Shown in pieces: positions 10,746 through 23,699 of a stretch of 64,000 bases of DNA (its first letter is position 1; each line of letters begins with the position of its first letter). The notes under the pieces were generated by a model that did not search any database, had not been told where the DNA came from, and saw only the letters and a program-made list of their open reading frames with translations. The stretch lies in the NCBI GenBank assembly GCA_964252035.1, contig OZ176209.1. One strand, given 5' to 3'. Position numbers and translations under genes: made by a program. This stretch comes from Podarcis erhardii (lineage: Eukaryota).

Positions 10746-11499
10746 AAACTGGAGTCATACAGACAGAGTGTGCTAGAAATTTAAATAAATCTATTTTAAA
10801 AATGTTTTTATTTTTTTTAATTTGCTGTGACTTATTTCTGCCTGACATTATTACAAAACATCCCCTAGTGTTCTTAAGCAGACAGGCCCTGATATAAATT
10901 ATATTGAAGCAGAATTTCTGCTTTTAACTCAGCTTGCTAACCTTTGGTTTTGACCCTCTGAGGGACAAATTTTAGTTTACAGAACACTCAATGCCTCGGA
11001 AGGCAACATCCCGCAGTTCAGGCCTCTTATTTCCTATACCGCATGTCAAGCTGATGTGAAGAATCAAAGGGCAGATATTGTGGGAGACAAGTTGGATTGA
11101 TCCTTTTCTGCTAGATGGCTTTGTGTATCAGAAAGAACCCTAATTACATTGAGTTCTGCAGCGTTTGGGGGGAGGTCCTGATTTACCACACTGGAAGGGT
11201 GACACTCCTGACTATCAGAAGGAAAGCAGCAGACAGCACAGTGGGAGAAGAAACAGAAATCACAATAGTGCTGTGCAATTTGAACAGATGCCAAATAAGA
11301 CATTCACAAAGTATAACTATAGATAACTTAACAACTTGTGTAAAGGCAATATGATAGTACTAGGCAGTACTGTGGGTTAAACTGAGACATTCCATGTTCA
11401 AAGAAAGCTTGGGGGGGACATTATTCACAAAAATAAAAGAGGGAGGAAATGAAAATATACCCAACCTTGAGCTCCTTGGTGGAAATGCAAGGTACAAAT

Positions 11500-11630
11500 A
11501 TAGGCCACAGTCCACAGTTAAACTATGGAACTCACCCCCCTGAGGAGGCCGTGATTGTCACAAACTTGGACGGCTTAGATCAATTCATGCAGGATAAGAA
11601 TAAGGCTGTCAATGGACTGCAGTAGCTGGC
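11500..11630 (+). mobile_element. Old CR1 3' fragment
   Basis: cacagttaaactatggaactcacc...gtgattgtcacaaacttggacggctt...caattcatgcaggataag...ggctgtcaatgg matches older CR1 subfamily ends. Confidence 0.6.
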
Positions 11631-11920
11631 AAGTGTGTGTTTCAGTTCTGCTGCAGAGCTGAGAGAAGCTCCTATGGGTTATAAGGTTCACATCCTACAA
11701 AATGTAATTTTTCCTTGAAGATCTTTCCTACAAAAACTGATCAAATCCAATACCATCCAATATCACTGCAGTACATCGCTCAAGGCAAGACATTTTCAGT
11801 AGAGCAAGATCAAAGTAGAAACAAGAACACAATATTATTAGTAATATACTTTTATGTTGTAACACTCAAATTTCTTTCCTGGGAATATGCCCCACTGAAC
11901 TCAGCTGAGCTGACTGTATG

Positions 11921-12219
11921 GAAGAAGAAGAAGAAGAAGAAGAAGAAGAAGAAGAGGAGGAGGAGGAGGAGGAGGAGGAGGAGGAGGAGGAGTGTGGACT
12001 TGATATCCCACTTTTCACTCCTCTTAAGGAGCCTCAAAGTGGCCTTTTCCCTTCCTCCCCCCACAACAAACACTCTGTGAGGTGAGTGGGGCTGAGAAAC
12101 TTCAAAGAAGTGTGACTGGTCCAAGGTCACCCAGCAGCTGTATGTGGAGGAGCGGAGACACGAACCCGGTTCACCAGAGTACGAGTCCACTCCTCTTAAC
12201 CACTACACCATGCTGGCTC
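11921..12219 (-). mobile_element. Squam3-like CORE SINE with expanded (GAA)n(GGA)n tail
   Basis: Reverse strand has the tRNA head ggtgtagtggttaagag...ggttcg, CORE motif gctgggtgaccttgg and L2-like tail; same family at 49411, 52883 and 55321. Confidence 0.9.
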
Positions 12220-13146
12220 CCTGGATTGCCCTGTTAGTAAACAAACTGAAGGAAAGAGCTACAGGATAGTAAAAACTAACCTAAGCTCCTACTAACAGAA
12301 AATCAGGGTAGGTTATTGTTCCACATCAGATCTAATGTAACAATCTGCAACAGAGATAACTATTGTATTAAACCCAAATATTCCCACTAGACCACTTAGT
12401 TGTGCAAAACTGGAAATTTACAAGGAACCAGTCATTTACAACACAATCCAAAGCCCGGAATGAGTGAGTTTCAAATGCGCTGAACTTGGGCTGTCCCAGC
12501 TGCACAAGAGCTGCACTGGTGGAACTCCCTCAGAAGCCTCTGTAAGCTAAAGCTCAGGCAATGGAACTGAAGGAGGCAAAACTTAAACTGGCATAAGTCC
12601 AAATGGGAGGTGTGGCGGGGGAGGACAGGGCAATGGGAGACTCACACCTATTCCAAACCTCTTTCAGCTCAGTCATGTGATCTGTGGAACTTAACTCAAG
12701 CAACAATGACGGTAAAACTATAGTTTAAAGGGGTGTTTTCCCACTCAGCTTCAGCTCACAGTAATAAGGCTCCTGAACAGATTTTGGAACAGAGGTAATT
12801 TACACTGCCTTATCTTAAGCCAGTGTAAATTCTGCTAGCTTCGTATGCTTAGGATTACTCTGTTCATGTGGCCACCCAAGAATTCCCTCCCTCTCAATAT
12901 TAGCAAGGAGTTTTTGTTGCATTGCTTTCAATGCCTCCTAAAAAAACTTTATGTTTAGGCAAGCCAACCAAACATGTAATTAATATTTTGTTTTTAAAAT
13001 GGTTGCTTTTAGTTATACAGTATTTTGGTAACTTTCTTATTTATGCTTGCTTTTAAAGTCTGTTGATCTAACTGGTAATTTCTTATGAATTTCTTATATA
13101 AATCTTGCAAAATAAATAAACTCTGTGCACCTTCATCTTGACATCG

Positions 13147-13190
13147 GGCACATTCTTCCATTGTCTCCCAAAACATATGGATGCCAACCA
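13147..13190 (+). mobile_element. RTE LINE 3' tip
   Basis: ttccattgtctcccaaaacatatggatgccaac matches the RTE end ccattgtctcttgagacagatggatgc at 40372 and 44500. Confidence 0.55.
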
Positions 13191-14385
13191 AGAGTCTCAC
13201 AAAAACCCCAACATCCACAGTACACTCCCTCAAGCTGGTATGTTGAGGCATTACTGCTGACCATAAGAAACAGCTGAACTGGGATGTTAATTTCAGATTC
13301 CCTACAACCCAATCCAATCCAAATATTTATTATGGTAATAGACCAGCATAAGATAAAGCACCTCTATACATAAATAAAACATCCTATATAGGCAAAAGGG
13401 CAACTGTAGAAGTAGAAGATACACATACTCATACTCTCTGCTACAGTAAACCAGCCTAAGATAAAAACACATAAAACATGTAATAAATTTCCTACAAAAG
13501 TAATGTTATCTTCTAATAGGTCTAATAGGTCATAATGGTCTTTCTTATGACAGCTTCAAGGGTGGGAGATTTGGCAAAAGATATCCCATTTCTTAATGAA
13601 TGGCACAATTTATTCCAAGTGAAGTATCTTTTAAGTCTCACTGGTTTTAAGTCTCAGTGGTTTTGTCAGGAGAAATAAGCATATGCTTAAATTTCCATCA
13701 CAGAAATCAGTAGAAGTGCTTTTAGCTGGATCATGCCAGGTGTTCTTTAAAATAAACTTTCCACATTTTCCCAGGGTCCTAAAATAGTTTTAATGAAAAA
13801 GATAGTAAGCTCCTTGGACCAAGGACCAGTCTCTTCTGCTTATTAAACTCTTTAAAATAACATGTGCATTTATGGAACTGTATCAATAATATTGGGTATT
13901 ATCCTTCATACTTCAAAAGCATTTACTGTGAAACACATTTGACATTTTAGTAGGATTTTCTTCTTCCTTTTCCTCACTGCTTATATGTTTTCAGTATGCA
14001 TCTAGAGAATATTCCACCTATGTGCAAGAGAGTGAGTCCTTAGACAGAAATTATGGCTGCCAGCTTCTCTTCAAATATATTACTCTGAACACAAGACTAA
14101 AATTATTGGTTTTGCAAGTACTTTGAACTTTAAAATAGGACTTTTGCAGACAATGGAAGGGTTTGCAGAGAATTCAAGTGATCTTTTAAAAAGTAAGATT
14201 AGTCATAGTTCATTTCATACTTTAGCTGGAAGACTGGGCTCAAATGTTCAAGTGGCTTTCCAAGACCAAGGGAGAGGGAAAATCTTTTTTACTGAGCACT
14301 TCTATAGAACTATTAGATTAATCTGGTACATTCATATACTTATAATTTCTATCTATGCTAGATTGGTTGTCAGAGTGAATTGTTT

Positions 14386-14492
14386 GGTATCAGTAGCCAA
14401 CTCAAAGTAGATCTGTTGAAATTGATGAACATGACTAAGTTAGGTCCACTAATTTCAGGCGGTCTGCTCTGGGTAAAACTCTCCCAAATACC
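14386..14492. repeat. Ancient ~100-bp palindromic (MITE-like) element
   Basis: ctcaaagtagatctgttgaaatt...aatttcaggcggtctgctctggg is an imperfect inverted repeat; related copies near 3305-3405, 38285-38375 and 45216-45306. Confidence 0.55.
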
Positions 14493-15338
14493 ACCCAGTG
14501 CCTGTATTGCTATCTTTGTTAAAGACAAATGATAGTGGCAATTAAATTCCTACATGTCTGATATAAAGCTTTTTGTTCAAAACTTGATGTGCCATATGAC
14601 TTGCTTTTTCAATTTATTCAGAAGACATACACCCTGATCCATACACAGCAAATGCAGGCTCCCTATGAACCCCTAATGTGGAGAATCACACACACAAGTG
14701 AGCTCTGCTAATAAGCTCTAGCCTAATTTAACAGAAATATATAAATACTGTTTTAACAGGTTGAAATGTTCTTTGTGACTTTGATTTAGCCCTTCTCTTC
14801 TTTGCCAGATAGCTGGTATGCTATGTTCCTAGCAGAGGCACCAGCTTGCGAGGGCGGGGCGGGGGGGGCAACATCCCACATGCATCATCAGGACATCAGG
14901 AAGAGCAAGGGACAGAGCTGAATGCTGCTGCTGTATGGCTTCAATAGCCAGCGACTCTTCCTGTGCCTCTTTCTGGTACCACCACCGCCAGGAGACTGCT
15001 TCCACTCTCCACAGCAGCAGCAGCAGGAGGAGCCGGCCACAGGAGATATGCTTGGGACATCCAGGGGGAGGGAAATTGAATTAAAAATAAAACTTAAAGG
15101 ACTGTTTTCCCAAACAAGCATCTGATTCATTCCCAACATCTAGAAAGCAAATTTTCACGGTAGTTATTAAAGTTGATGGATCAGAGGAGACAGAAGTAAA
15201 CAGAAGAACTCTTTCATCTTAAAGCAATCTAAGCCCTTGTTTAAAAAGAAGAGTTGTAGAAAGCTGCTGACAAGGTCCCATTGCCTAAGAACTCTACAGT
15301 TACAGTTAAGGTCCCATTGCCTAAGAACTCTACAGTTA

Positions 15339-15580
15339 CAGTGGTACCTCTGGTTACGAACTTAATTCGTTCCAGAGGTCCATTCTTAACCTGAAACCAT
15401 TCTTAACCTGAGGTACCACTTTAGCTAATGGGGCTTCCTGCTGCCACCATGCTGCCGCCACATGATTTCTGTTCTCATCCTGAGGTAAAGTTCTTAACCC
15501 GAGGTACTACTTCCAGGTTAGCGGAGTCTGTAACCCGAAGTGTTTGTAAACTGAGGTATTTGTAACCGAAGGTACCACTG
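15339..15580 (+). mobile_element. Tigger/pogo-type MITE
   Basis: CAGTGGTACCTC...GGTACCACTG with TA on both sides; colinear with 9909-10150. Confidence 0.9.
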
Positions 15581-15660
15581 TATATGGAAGGCTGCACCTC
15601 CCCGAGTCAACATACTCTGGTCTTAGTAGCTGAAATTCATCCAAGCAGAACTAACTAAAG

Positions 15661-15796
15661 CAGGAGTAACCAACATGGTGCCCCTCCATATGTTGTTGGA
15701 CTACAACTTCCATCATCCCAGCCCATTGGTCTTGCTGGCTATAGCTGAAGAGAGTTTGAGTTCATGAACATCTGGAGGGCACATTGGCCATGACTG
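15661..15796. mobile_element. Older 136-bp palindromic hAT MITE
   Basis: caggagtaaccaac...ctccatatgttgttggactacaacttccatcatccc...aacatctggagggcac...ctg; TSD not recoverable. Confidence 0.65.
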
Positions 15797-17270
15797 ATGA
15801 GAGCTAGAGAAACATATTTAATCTACATGGGAAAACAACATTTAGTGGCATCCAATATTTAGTCAACCTTCATGCTAAATACAGAAAACTGCAGGATGTT
15901 CCAATGATTCATACTAAGAAATGAGATTATCAACATATGTATTAATTAGATGAGGGTCCACCAGTATTGTGGACTACAAGTATTTTTTTTTATTAAGTTC
16001 TGAACTATCTACTTTCTACCTCTCATGCCTCTGTACTTCTCCTTGTCACATCTGTTTGCAACAGATTATGTAACTCTTAAAACCAAATAAATGAAGTAAA
16101 AAACCCCATTGTCTTATAAAAGATCACTCACAATTAAGACTAATACTCTCCCACTGATACTTTCTCTACACAGTCAGACACATGTGTCCACATGATAGAT
16201 TGAATGGAGGAATAAATGGACCTGCTGATGTGAATCGGCCTTAAGAAACATACGAGTTCAAATATTTTCACAACAACTAGGAATATGAGGTCATCTCATA
16301 ATGTACTGCAGCAAAAGAAAATGCTTGCCTATATCAGACCATTAAAAAGGATATTTGCTTACTTCAAACCTTATTTCCAATGAGAGCATTGGACCATCTA
16401 CTGTATTTCAAATAAATTGGTTTAAATCTGCATATAAAAATATTTACTTCCATTAAGATGCAGAAGCTAAAGAATGGACTACAGATTTCAGGAGATGTTG
16501 GTTTTCATCTTAAGTCATCAGTGACAGGCTCTGTGGAAGGCAGAGACCCACACTTTAGTAGACAATATTAAGCAAACACAGAAATTTGCATCTCAAATAT
16601 TTACAGCTGATTATTATTTACTAACTGCAATGCATCTTCTCTCATTGTGGTTTTCTTATTATGGTTCTTATTATTATTTGGAGCTGGCTGCATGACTGCT
16701 TTTTCACTTTCAAAAGAGACTGCTTGACTGAGCCTGAGGGCTTGGTATCCTATGCTGTGCAGTATCCAGTTAGATGGCTAAAAAGGACAGGTCATCCTGG
16801 GTTTTTTGGAAAGCTAGTAAACAACAGAGGGCACCTGAAGTGTTCAGCAATTAAAAAGTTTCTAACAGTGGTAGGAATAAATCCACAAGAGATATACAAC
16901 TTAAAGTTTAATTGGGTAGAGATCATTTTGATCACCTAGCTGCTACTTCAGATATCAGCCTCTCAAAGGTAAAAATAAAACAAACGGTTCTCTTTTCACC
17001 TTGGCACACCCCAGTTAATTCCTGTCTTTCCTCTGTGGAAGTTACAAGGATGACAGAGACAAATGATATCTAGTCACATCCTATATTACTATAACCTTTA
17101 TCATTAATTCAGCTCTGGTCACTTGATGTTAAACCAAGGTGTCACATTCAGACTTCCTCAAGCCAGTACCCACCAGATGTGTTGAACTAATTGAATCAGT
17201 TAAGTAGTCTAACCGAATGAGCTTTAAGACTTGGTTCAACATTGACTCAGTTAAGAAAACATGGTTTAAA

Positions 17271-17529
17271 GGTAAAGAACCCCTGGATGGTTAAGTCCAG
17301 TCAAAGGCAACTATGGGGTTGCAATGCTCATCTCACTTTCATGCCGAGGGAGTCGGCGTTTGTCCACAGACAGCTAGTCATGTGGCCAGCATGACTAAAC
17401 TGCTTCTGCCATCATGGAACACCGCGATGAGTGCCAGAGCGCATGGAAACGCCTTTTACCTTCCCGCCACAGTGGTACCTATTTATCTACTTGCACTGGT
17501 GTGCTTTTGACCTGTTAGGTTGGCAGACA
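17271..17529 (-). mobile_element. Sauria (Squam1) SINE, 5'-truncated
   Basis: ggtaaag tail and ggtacctatttatctacttgcact...ttaggttggcag body; tRNA head missing; 16-bp TSD GAAAA(C/T)ATGGTTTAAA at 17255-17270 and 17530-17545. Confidence 0.85.
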
Positions 17530-20500
17530 GAAAATATGGTTTAAAATGGGTTTGTAAACTATGATCTCCACCAACTATGGTGTGATATCATAATCAACAT
17601 ATCACAGTTACAGCTGTCTTTCATCACCAGAGGCTGCTGAATGTTGATGATAGAATGCTGAGCAATGAAAGATGAAAGCATCTAAGCAGCTATGGTTTGC
17701 CTAATCATTTGAAAGCTTCAGTCAAAGTTCTAAACTATGGTCAGAACAATCCAAGGTTTAGTGTCTGAACGGAGCTATTATGTCACATATTGGAGGAGGA
17801 GTACTGGAAAAAGAAGACTCAATAAAGCTTTTCTGTGTAACTGGCAAATGAACTTACAAAGGGTGAACCGATAAGTTTATTTACTGGCATAATGCCCATT
17901 GAGAATGCAGCTTTGAAAACTGCCTGGTATATAGATTAATTTTATCCAGGAGCACGTTCGCTAGATAAGTATGTAGGCAGTGCAGCCTTTCAAGGCAAAA
18001 GAGAACTAACAGCATTTGTGTTATCTGCAAAACTTTATCATGGTTTAATTCATCTCAGGTACTTTGATCCTTGCACCACAAAAATAACTTTTATATAAGA
18101 AATCCTGACTATTATTGTTTGATTTTTCTCCCATTTCAGGACACTACTATTGTTACAAATGCATGTTATTTAGACTGAAGAAAGGCTTTCAAACTAGACT
18201 GATAAATAATACGGAAGGATTAAATTCTTTTGGATTTGGATTTTCACTCAGCTGTATCCAAATGTGAAAGGGAGACTCTTTGTCCATTTTTATATCCAAC
18301 TAATTTAAAGCACTTCCTGAGCATCCTTTGAAGATAGCATCCTTATTTTTTTGTAGTGTTGTTAACATTTGGCTCGCAGTTCAAATATTTCCATCACTTA
18401 AAAGCTTCCTCACAGTTTCTACAAATATTTGGAAGGACGAATTACAATGCGGTCTATAATACTAATTTGGATCAAAAGCTAATTTAGCCTTTACCGCAAG
18501 CTACGGCCAGAAGAAGATCAAATATATATATAACACACATAAACACAACAGGTATTATATAGCTTCCCAACCCACTGTTCACTTGTATAATCTGTAACAG
18601 GGATTTGTGAAAGGTGTTGCTTTCCTTGACAATCTTTAGCGTGCATCTAAACACCACCAGTTTCTCTGAACAGGGTGATAGCGAAAGGGCCTTGTGGTTC
18701 AATAGGAGAGAACATGTTCTGCATTCAGCAGGTCCCATATCAAATGCCAGAATAATAAAGGCATGTGATTTATTATATCTAGAGAGATAATATAAGCACT
18801 AACACAAAACCATGGCCAGGAAACAGCTAAAACTCATCAGAAGCGACTTCTGATACAGCTGCAATTACAGTTGGGCAGGTCACTGTATGGCTAAGTTAGT
18901 GGTATGAACTTCTATGAACTTCAGGAGCACCCAACTTTAACCAGAATGATAGGATCCTTGTGGTGGAGTGCTATATATACATGTTAAACTATTTCTCTAA
19001 AAATTCATAAATCAGCAACATCTTCAGTTAGAGTCTCAGGTAGCAGGGTTGAGAACTTGTAGGTCTGCTGCCAGCCAGAGTAGACAACAATGGGAGAGAT
19101 GGATGAACTGTCTGGCTTCGGACAAGGCACTTTCACATCTTCTCTGACCCCTTAAATAAGCCCATTTGAAAACTGTGCTCATAATTTCCCCATAGAATAG
19201 ATTGTTCAAGTTAATTGTGCTGACTATGTAACAAGATACTCTGCTGCATAAAATCTGCTGCCCATTAATTATGACTAATGATATTTGTATTTTGAGAAAG
19301 AGGAGATTCCCTGTTTGTGTTCAATATAACATTTATAATATTGTAAACTAATATCATAAGTACTACCTCCTGGCAAAAGCCTATCTAAACACAAGCTTGC
19401 TTATTTATTTATTTATTTATCATCTGTCTATCTATATCTATCTATCTATCGATATCTATCTATCTATCTATCTAGCATACCCTCTTGCAGTTAAGGATGC
19501 CTTAGTAATTTTTCCTGTTTCCCCCCCTTAACCAATTTTCTGTTCTAGAATCACATTATCGAATTACTGTAAGGCACAATTTTTCCCATAATGTTAAGGG
19601 ACATAAAACATATAGCTATACTATGCTATATAGCTGCACATACTTGCATAGTATAATGTGTTAGTTATAGTAACAATAAGCAGTTTCATGTATTAAAAGA
19701 AATATGGAGGAAAAGCGAGTACAATGGCTTCACAACTGACACTTTCATATTTTCCACAATATCCAAAGTGAATTGTGCATCTCCTTCTCTACTTCACGGT
19801 GAGATGCTAAAGACGGTGACATTTTGTGCACCTGTGAAGTCTGAAGTATCAACATATTCCATTTTGAGCATTACAGAAAATGAGAAGGGGTCTTGAATTT
19901 CCTGAAACCCTAACCCTTGTGTAGCTGAATACCCAAGCCCACTCTATCACATAATGCTAAAATATGGTTTAATATGATGGGCACTGACTGGAAGAAGCTT
20001 AGAGAGCTCTGGGTTCACATCTTTCCCTTCTCCATTTGTCCTGCATGACCACAAAGTGGGCTTCAGTGGTTTCTATTTTTGTAGAAAAAGAAAATCGGTG
20101 TCATGGTTTAACAAATTCAAGGTAGTTTAACAAACTCATAACTCATGGTTTGAAGCTGGCTTGTGTTGAAACTGACCGGTGTTTGTGGTTTATGGGTTTA
20201 TGATCCACAGTTCAACACAACAAGCTAATATTAGGGAAAAGTAAAAGCTGCTGCTGTCTTCCTGCTGTCTGCGGGAGAAGAGGGAAGTAAGAACATGTGA
20301 ACCTGAGGCTCACCTGGGATCATCCTAACTTTTATTCATCACATTAAGCCATGGTTCAGTGTGACATGTGAACACACCCTGTATGTTTATATGAAAAACA
20401 AGAGGGTTCCAACACAGCAAACTGTAAACCGCATTATATTCTTATTGCATATTTACTTAATTATTTCGCTAATTGGCTAAACAGATGGGTCACAATCCAG

Positions 20501-21429
20501 CACAGAAGTTATACATACTTAAGACCACTGAATCAATTGGCTTAAGTATGCTTAATTATATGCTCTGGTGTGCTGAGTGAATTCAAGCACATTTTCATAC
20601 AAAAACAAACAAACGTAAGAATACTTACATAACAAATGAAAAGATAACTAAACCATCAACTATAATATGGAAGTCTTTGGAAAGTGTTTATAAATTTGTA
20701 ATTCTGACATTCCAGAGAATTGCCAATTTACAGGGAAACAGAATCAAACAATTCTATCATTTCATATATATAAAAACACCCCATCTGGACCATTTTAATA
20801 TATTTAGTTTTGCACTAATAATTAATATTACCCCAAGCAAGATTTTAAGCGACACCAGGCATTCAAGGGCATTTTTTTCCAGCTCCAGTACAGTATTCTT
20901 AACAAATGAAATAAAAATGCGTACATATGTCCTCTTCAATTACAGTTGCCAACCCTAGAGCCAAACAAAAACATCTAGAAATTACAGAAAATAAGTATTA
21001 GCCCCCACCCCCATCCCTTTTTTTTGTATAGATATGAGTCTAGATCATTTGAATTTTTCCTTAATAAAGGTAAACTTTATGTAACTCACACAAGGTCCCT
21101 CCCTAGGCAAAACTATAACATCTAGAAACCAACCCTACTGACAGAAGTTTGATAATATATGTAAATGTATCCACTGAAAATCAGGGCACGTATTTGTTTA
21201 GTAAATCTTCATGAAAGCACGTATCCGTAGGCAGTTACAGTAGACTAGTGGGATGTGATATATTTACTTATAATATGAAACAAAATTCCTAAAAATAGAA
21301 AGCCAACAGCTTATCAAGTACTTGGAAAGACACTTTAAAATGTGCTAGGATACAGATGTGTTTTGATAAACTAAAAAAGAAATACATTGATGACTTGGGT
21401 GGACGTTTCCAGGGGATGCTTAGAGAGTG

Positions 21430-22262
21430 TTCTACAGCCCCGTTGAACCTTCATTGTGGGGTTCATCAGAGTTGGGTTTGATTTTATTCCCTGTGCTGTT
21501 TAACATCTACATGAAACCACTGAGTGGGGTCGTTTGGAGTTTTGGAGTATGTTGTCAGCATAATGCTGATGACACACAGCTCAACTTCTTCTTTACATCT
21601 GTAGGTGAGGTGGTGGAGGTGCTGGACCATTATTGTCTTGCTGAAATAATGGACTTGAGGAGAGCCAACAAACTGAAGCTCAATCCAGATAAGACTGGGG
21701 CACTGTTAGTGGGTGGTTCCCTAGATTGGATGGATGAGAGGCTGCCTGCTGTTGATGAGATTACACTGCCTCTGAAGGAGTGGGTATGTAGTTTGGGGGT
21801 CCTTTGCTGTCACTTGAGGCTCAGGTAGTCTCAGTGGTGCAGAGTGCCCAACTGCACTGGCTGCCAGTTAGTTTCTGGACCCAATTCGAACTGCTGCTTT
21901 TTACCTATAAAGCCTTAAAACAGTTCAGGGCTGCAATACCTCAAGGAAGGCCTCTCCCTAGAGAGACCCTTCTAGGTGTGCCTCCTCCATGAGAGGTCCA
22001 GAGGATAGCAACACGAGAGCAGGCCTTTTCTGCAATGGCTCCCCATTTGTGGGAGGCTCACCTGGTGCCATCATTATACATCTTTAGGCACCAGGCAAAA
22101 AAATGTCCTTTTAAATGTGTTGGAATGGGTATTGTTTTGTTTTGTTTTGTTCTGGTTCTTGTTTTTATTATGTATTTTGTGTTTTTATTTTGTGTTTTTA
22201 TAGTTTGAACCACTCTGACATCTTTGGGTGGAGGGTGGTATACAAATTTAATGAACAAAAAT
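21430..22262 (+). mobile_element. Decayed L2 LINE 3' part (RT remnant)
   Basis: ORF 21427..21828 has L2 RT motifs LFNIYMKPL...QHNADDTQL...NKLKLNPDKT; later LHWLPV and RAFS motifs; AT-rich tail ending aatgaacaaaaataaaaataa. Confidence 0.85.
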
Positions 22263-23699
22263 AAAAATAAATGTGCAAACTCAATCAAATTTTGTCACTA
22301 TTACTATGCATAGCACTAAACTTTTGCCTTTCCATGAACTGGGCTTTACAGCCAGGATTATTATTTCCCCTCAATATCTGACTATCAGAAGTCACTACAG
22401 AAGAATGGTGGTGGTAAATTGACAAAAAAACAATTATTGGCAACTTTACAAGAAAGGTTACTCTCCTAAATCAAGCAAGAGAACTCATAACATAGCAGGG
22501 TAATAGAATTTTAAGGTCAGATACTTTCAGATGATAAAATTAGTCATATTTGAATTTAGGCATTTGCCCAATCTAGAAACAAATAAAGCATTCCCAAGAG
22601 ATTATAGACACTCCATGTAAAACAACAATGTATGTTTTCAGTCATGTGTCAAATAGCAGAATATAAACCTCAGCTTACACTTTCCCAAAGTACTTCATCC
22701 ATATTGTGTTTGAATTTATTCAATCCTCCTAAATGGATACTGAATCTAGCTAGACAAATATAATCTAACCCAAGATAATTAAATAAAATGTCAATGTATC
22801 TCTATGCAAATTGTGAGAACCTAGCTCAGCAGAATACTCTAGATATCCCATAAAAGCACCCTGCAGTTCAATACTGTATTACTTTAAGTGTAACCTTATC
22901 CAGTAGCTGTCTTAAGAATTTGTGAGATCTTTGTCCTGAGCCCTGAAATGTCGACAACATTTCCAGGAAGGGAAAATCAAATAAGCAGCCAAATTAACCC
23001 ACAATCTACTCTGTCTAGTAGGATGAATGTACAAGCATGATGACATCACTGGTGGCTGAAACTAGGACAAGACTACTAAATAAGAACAGGAGCTATAAAG
23101 ACTTGAAAAATTCATACATTTCAAAATTTCAAACATTTCTAACTTTGTTCACACAGCATCCCCACACAATTTTTGCAGCTTTTGGAAACTTAAAAGAAAA
23201 TACTTTGTGTAAATAGTGGCTGATCGCACTACAAAATGCACCACCTTAATTTGTGCAGAGCAGTCCATCTATTGGTCAGTGTCATGGGCTTGTGTCCCAA
23301 GTTCTCTATCATGCATGTTCCTCAGAATCTTCAGCAGTTCTCCTCTGCACCCCTTGTGAATGCAAATTTACTTGTACATAATGGCAGGTTCCCAGGAGAA
23401 ACACACCCCAAATTCCTTCTAGAGACCTAGAAATCTGTCAAAACTGGAAAACTCTCTAGCCTCCCATAACTTCTCTTACCTCATCTTTGACAATAAGATC
23501 TTAAGTGGATTGTAACAATGTTTTGTATACACTATCTAAAAGAACTGATTAGAAAAGGGGGGATACGAGAGAAGATCTTTGTAATATCTAAAGTTTGTAA
23601 GCTCATTGTTGCATAGCTCATTGTTGCATAGAAGCTCCCTGCATGCCTTCTCTTGGCTCCATGGAAAAATATAGCTTCTTTATGATACTCAGGGTGAAT

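Noticed and set aside
11715-12190. Poly-Lys/Arg and poly-Leu/Phe ORFs
   Set aside because: Translation of the SINE microsatellite tail.
16813-16941. Duplicated segment as a C/D or H/ACA snoRNA
   Set aside because: No canonical RUGAUGA box, terminal stem or H/ACA layout on either strand; kept only as an unexplained duplicate.
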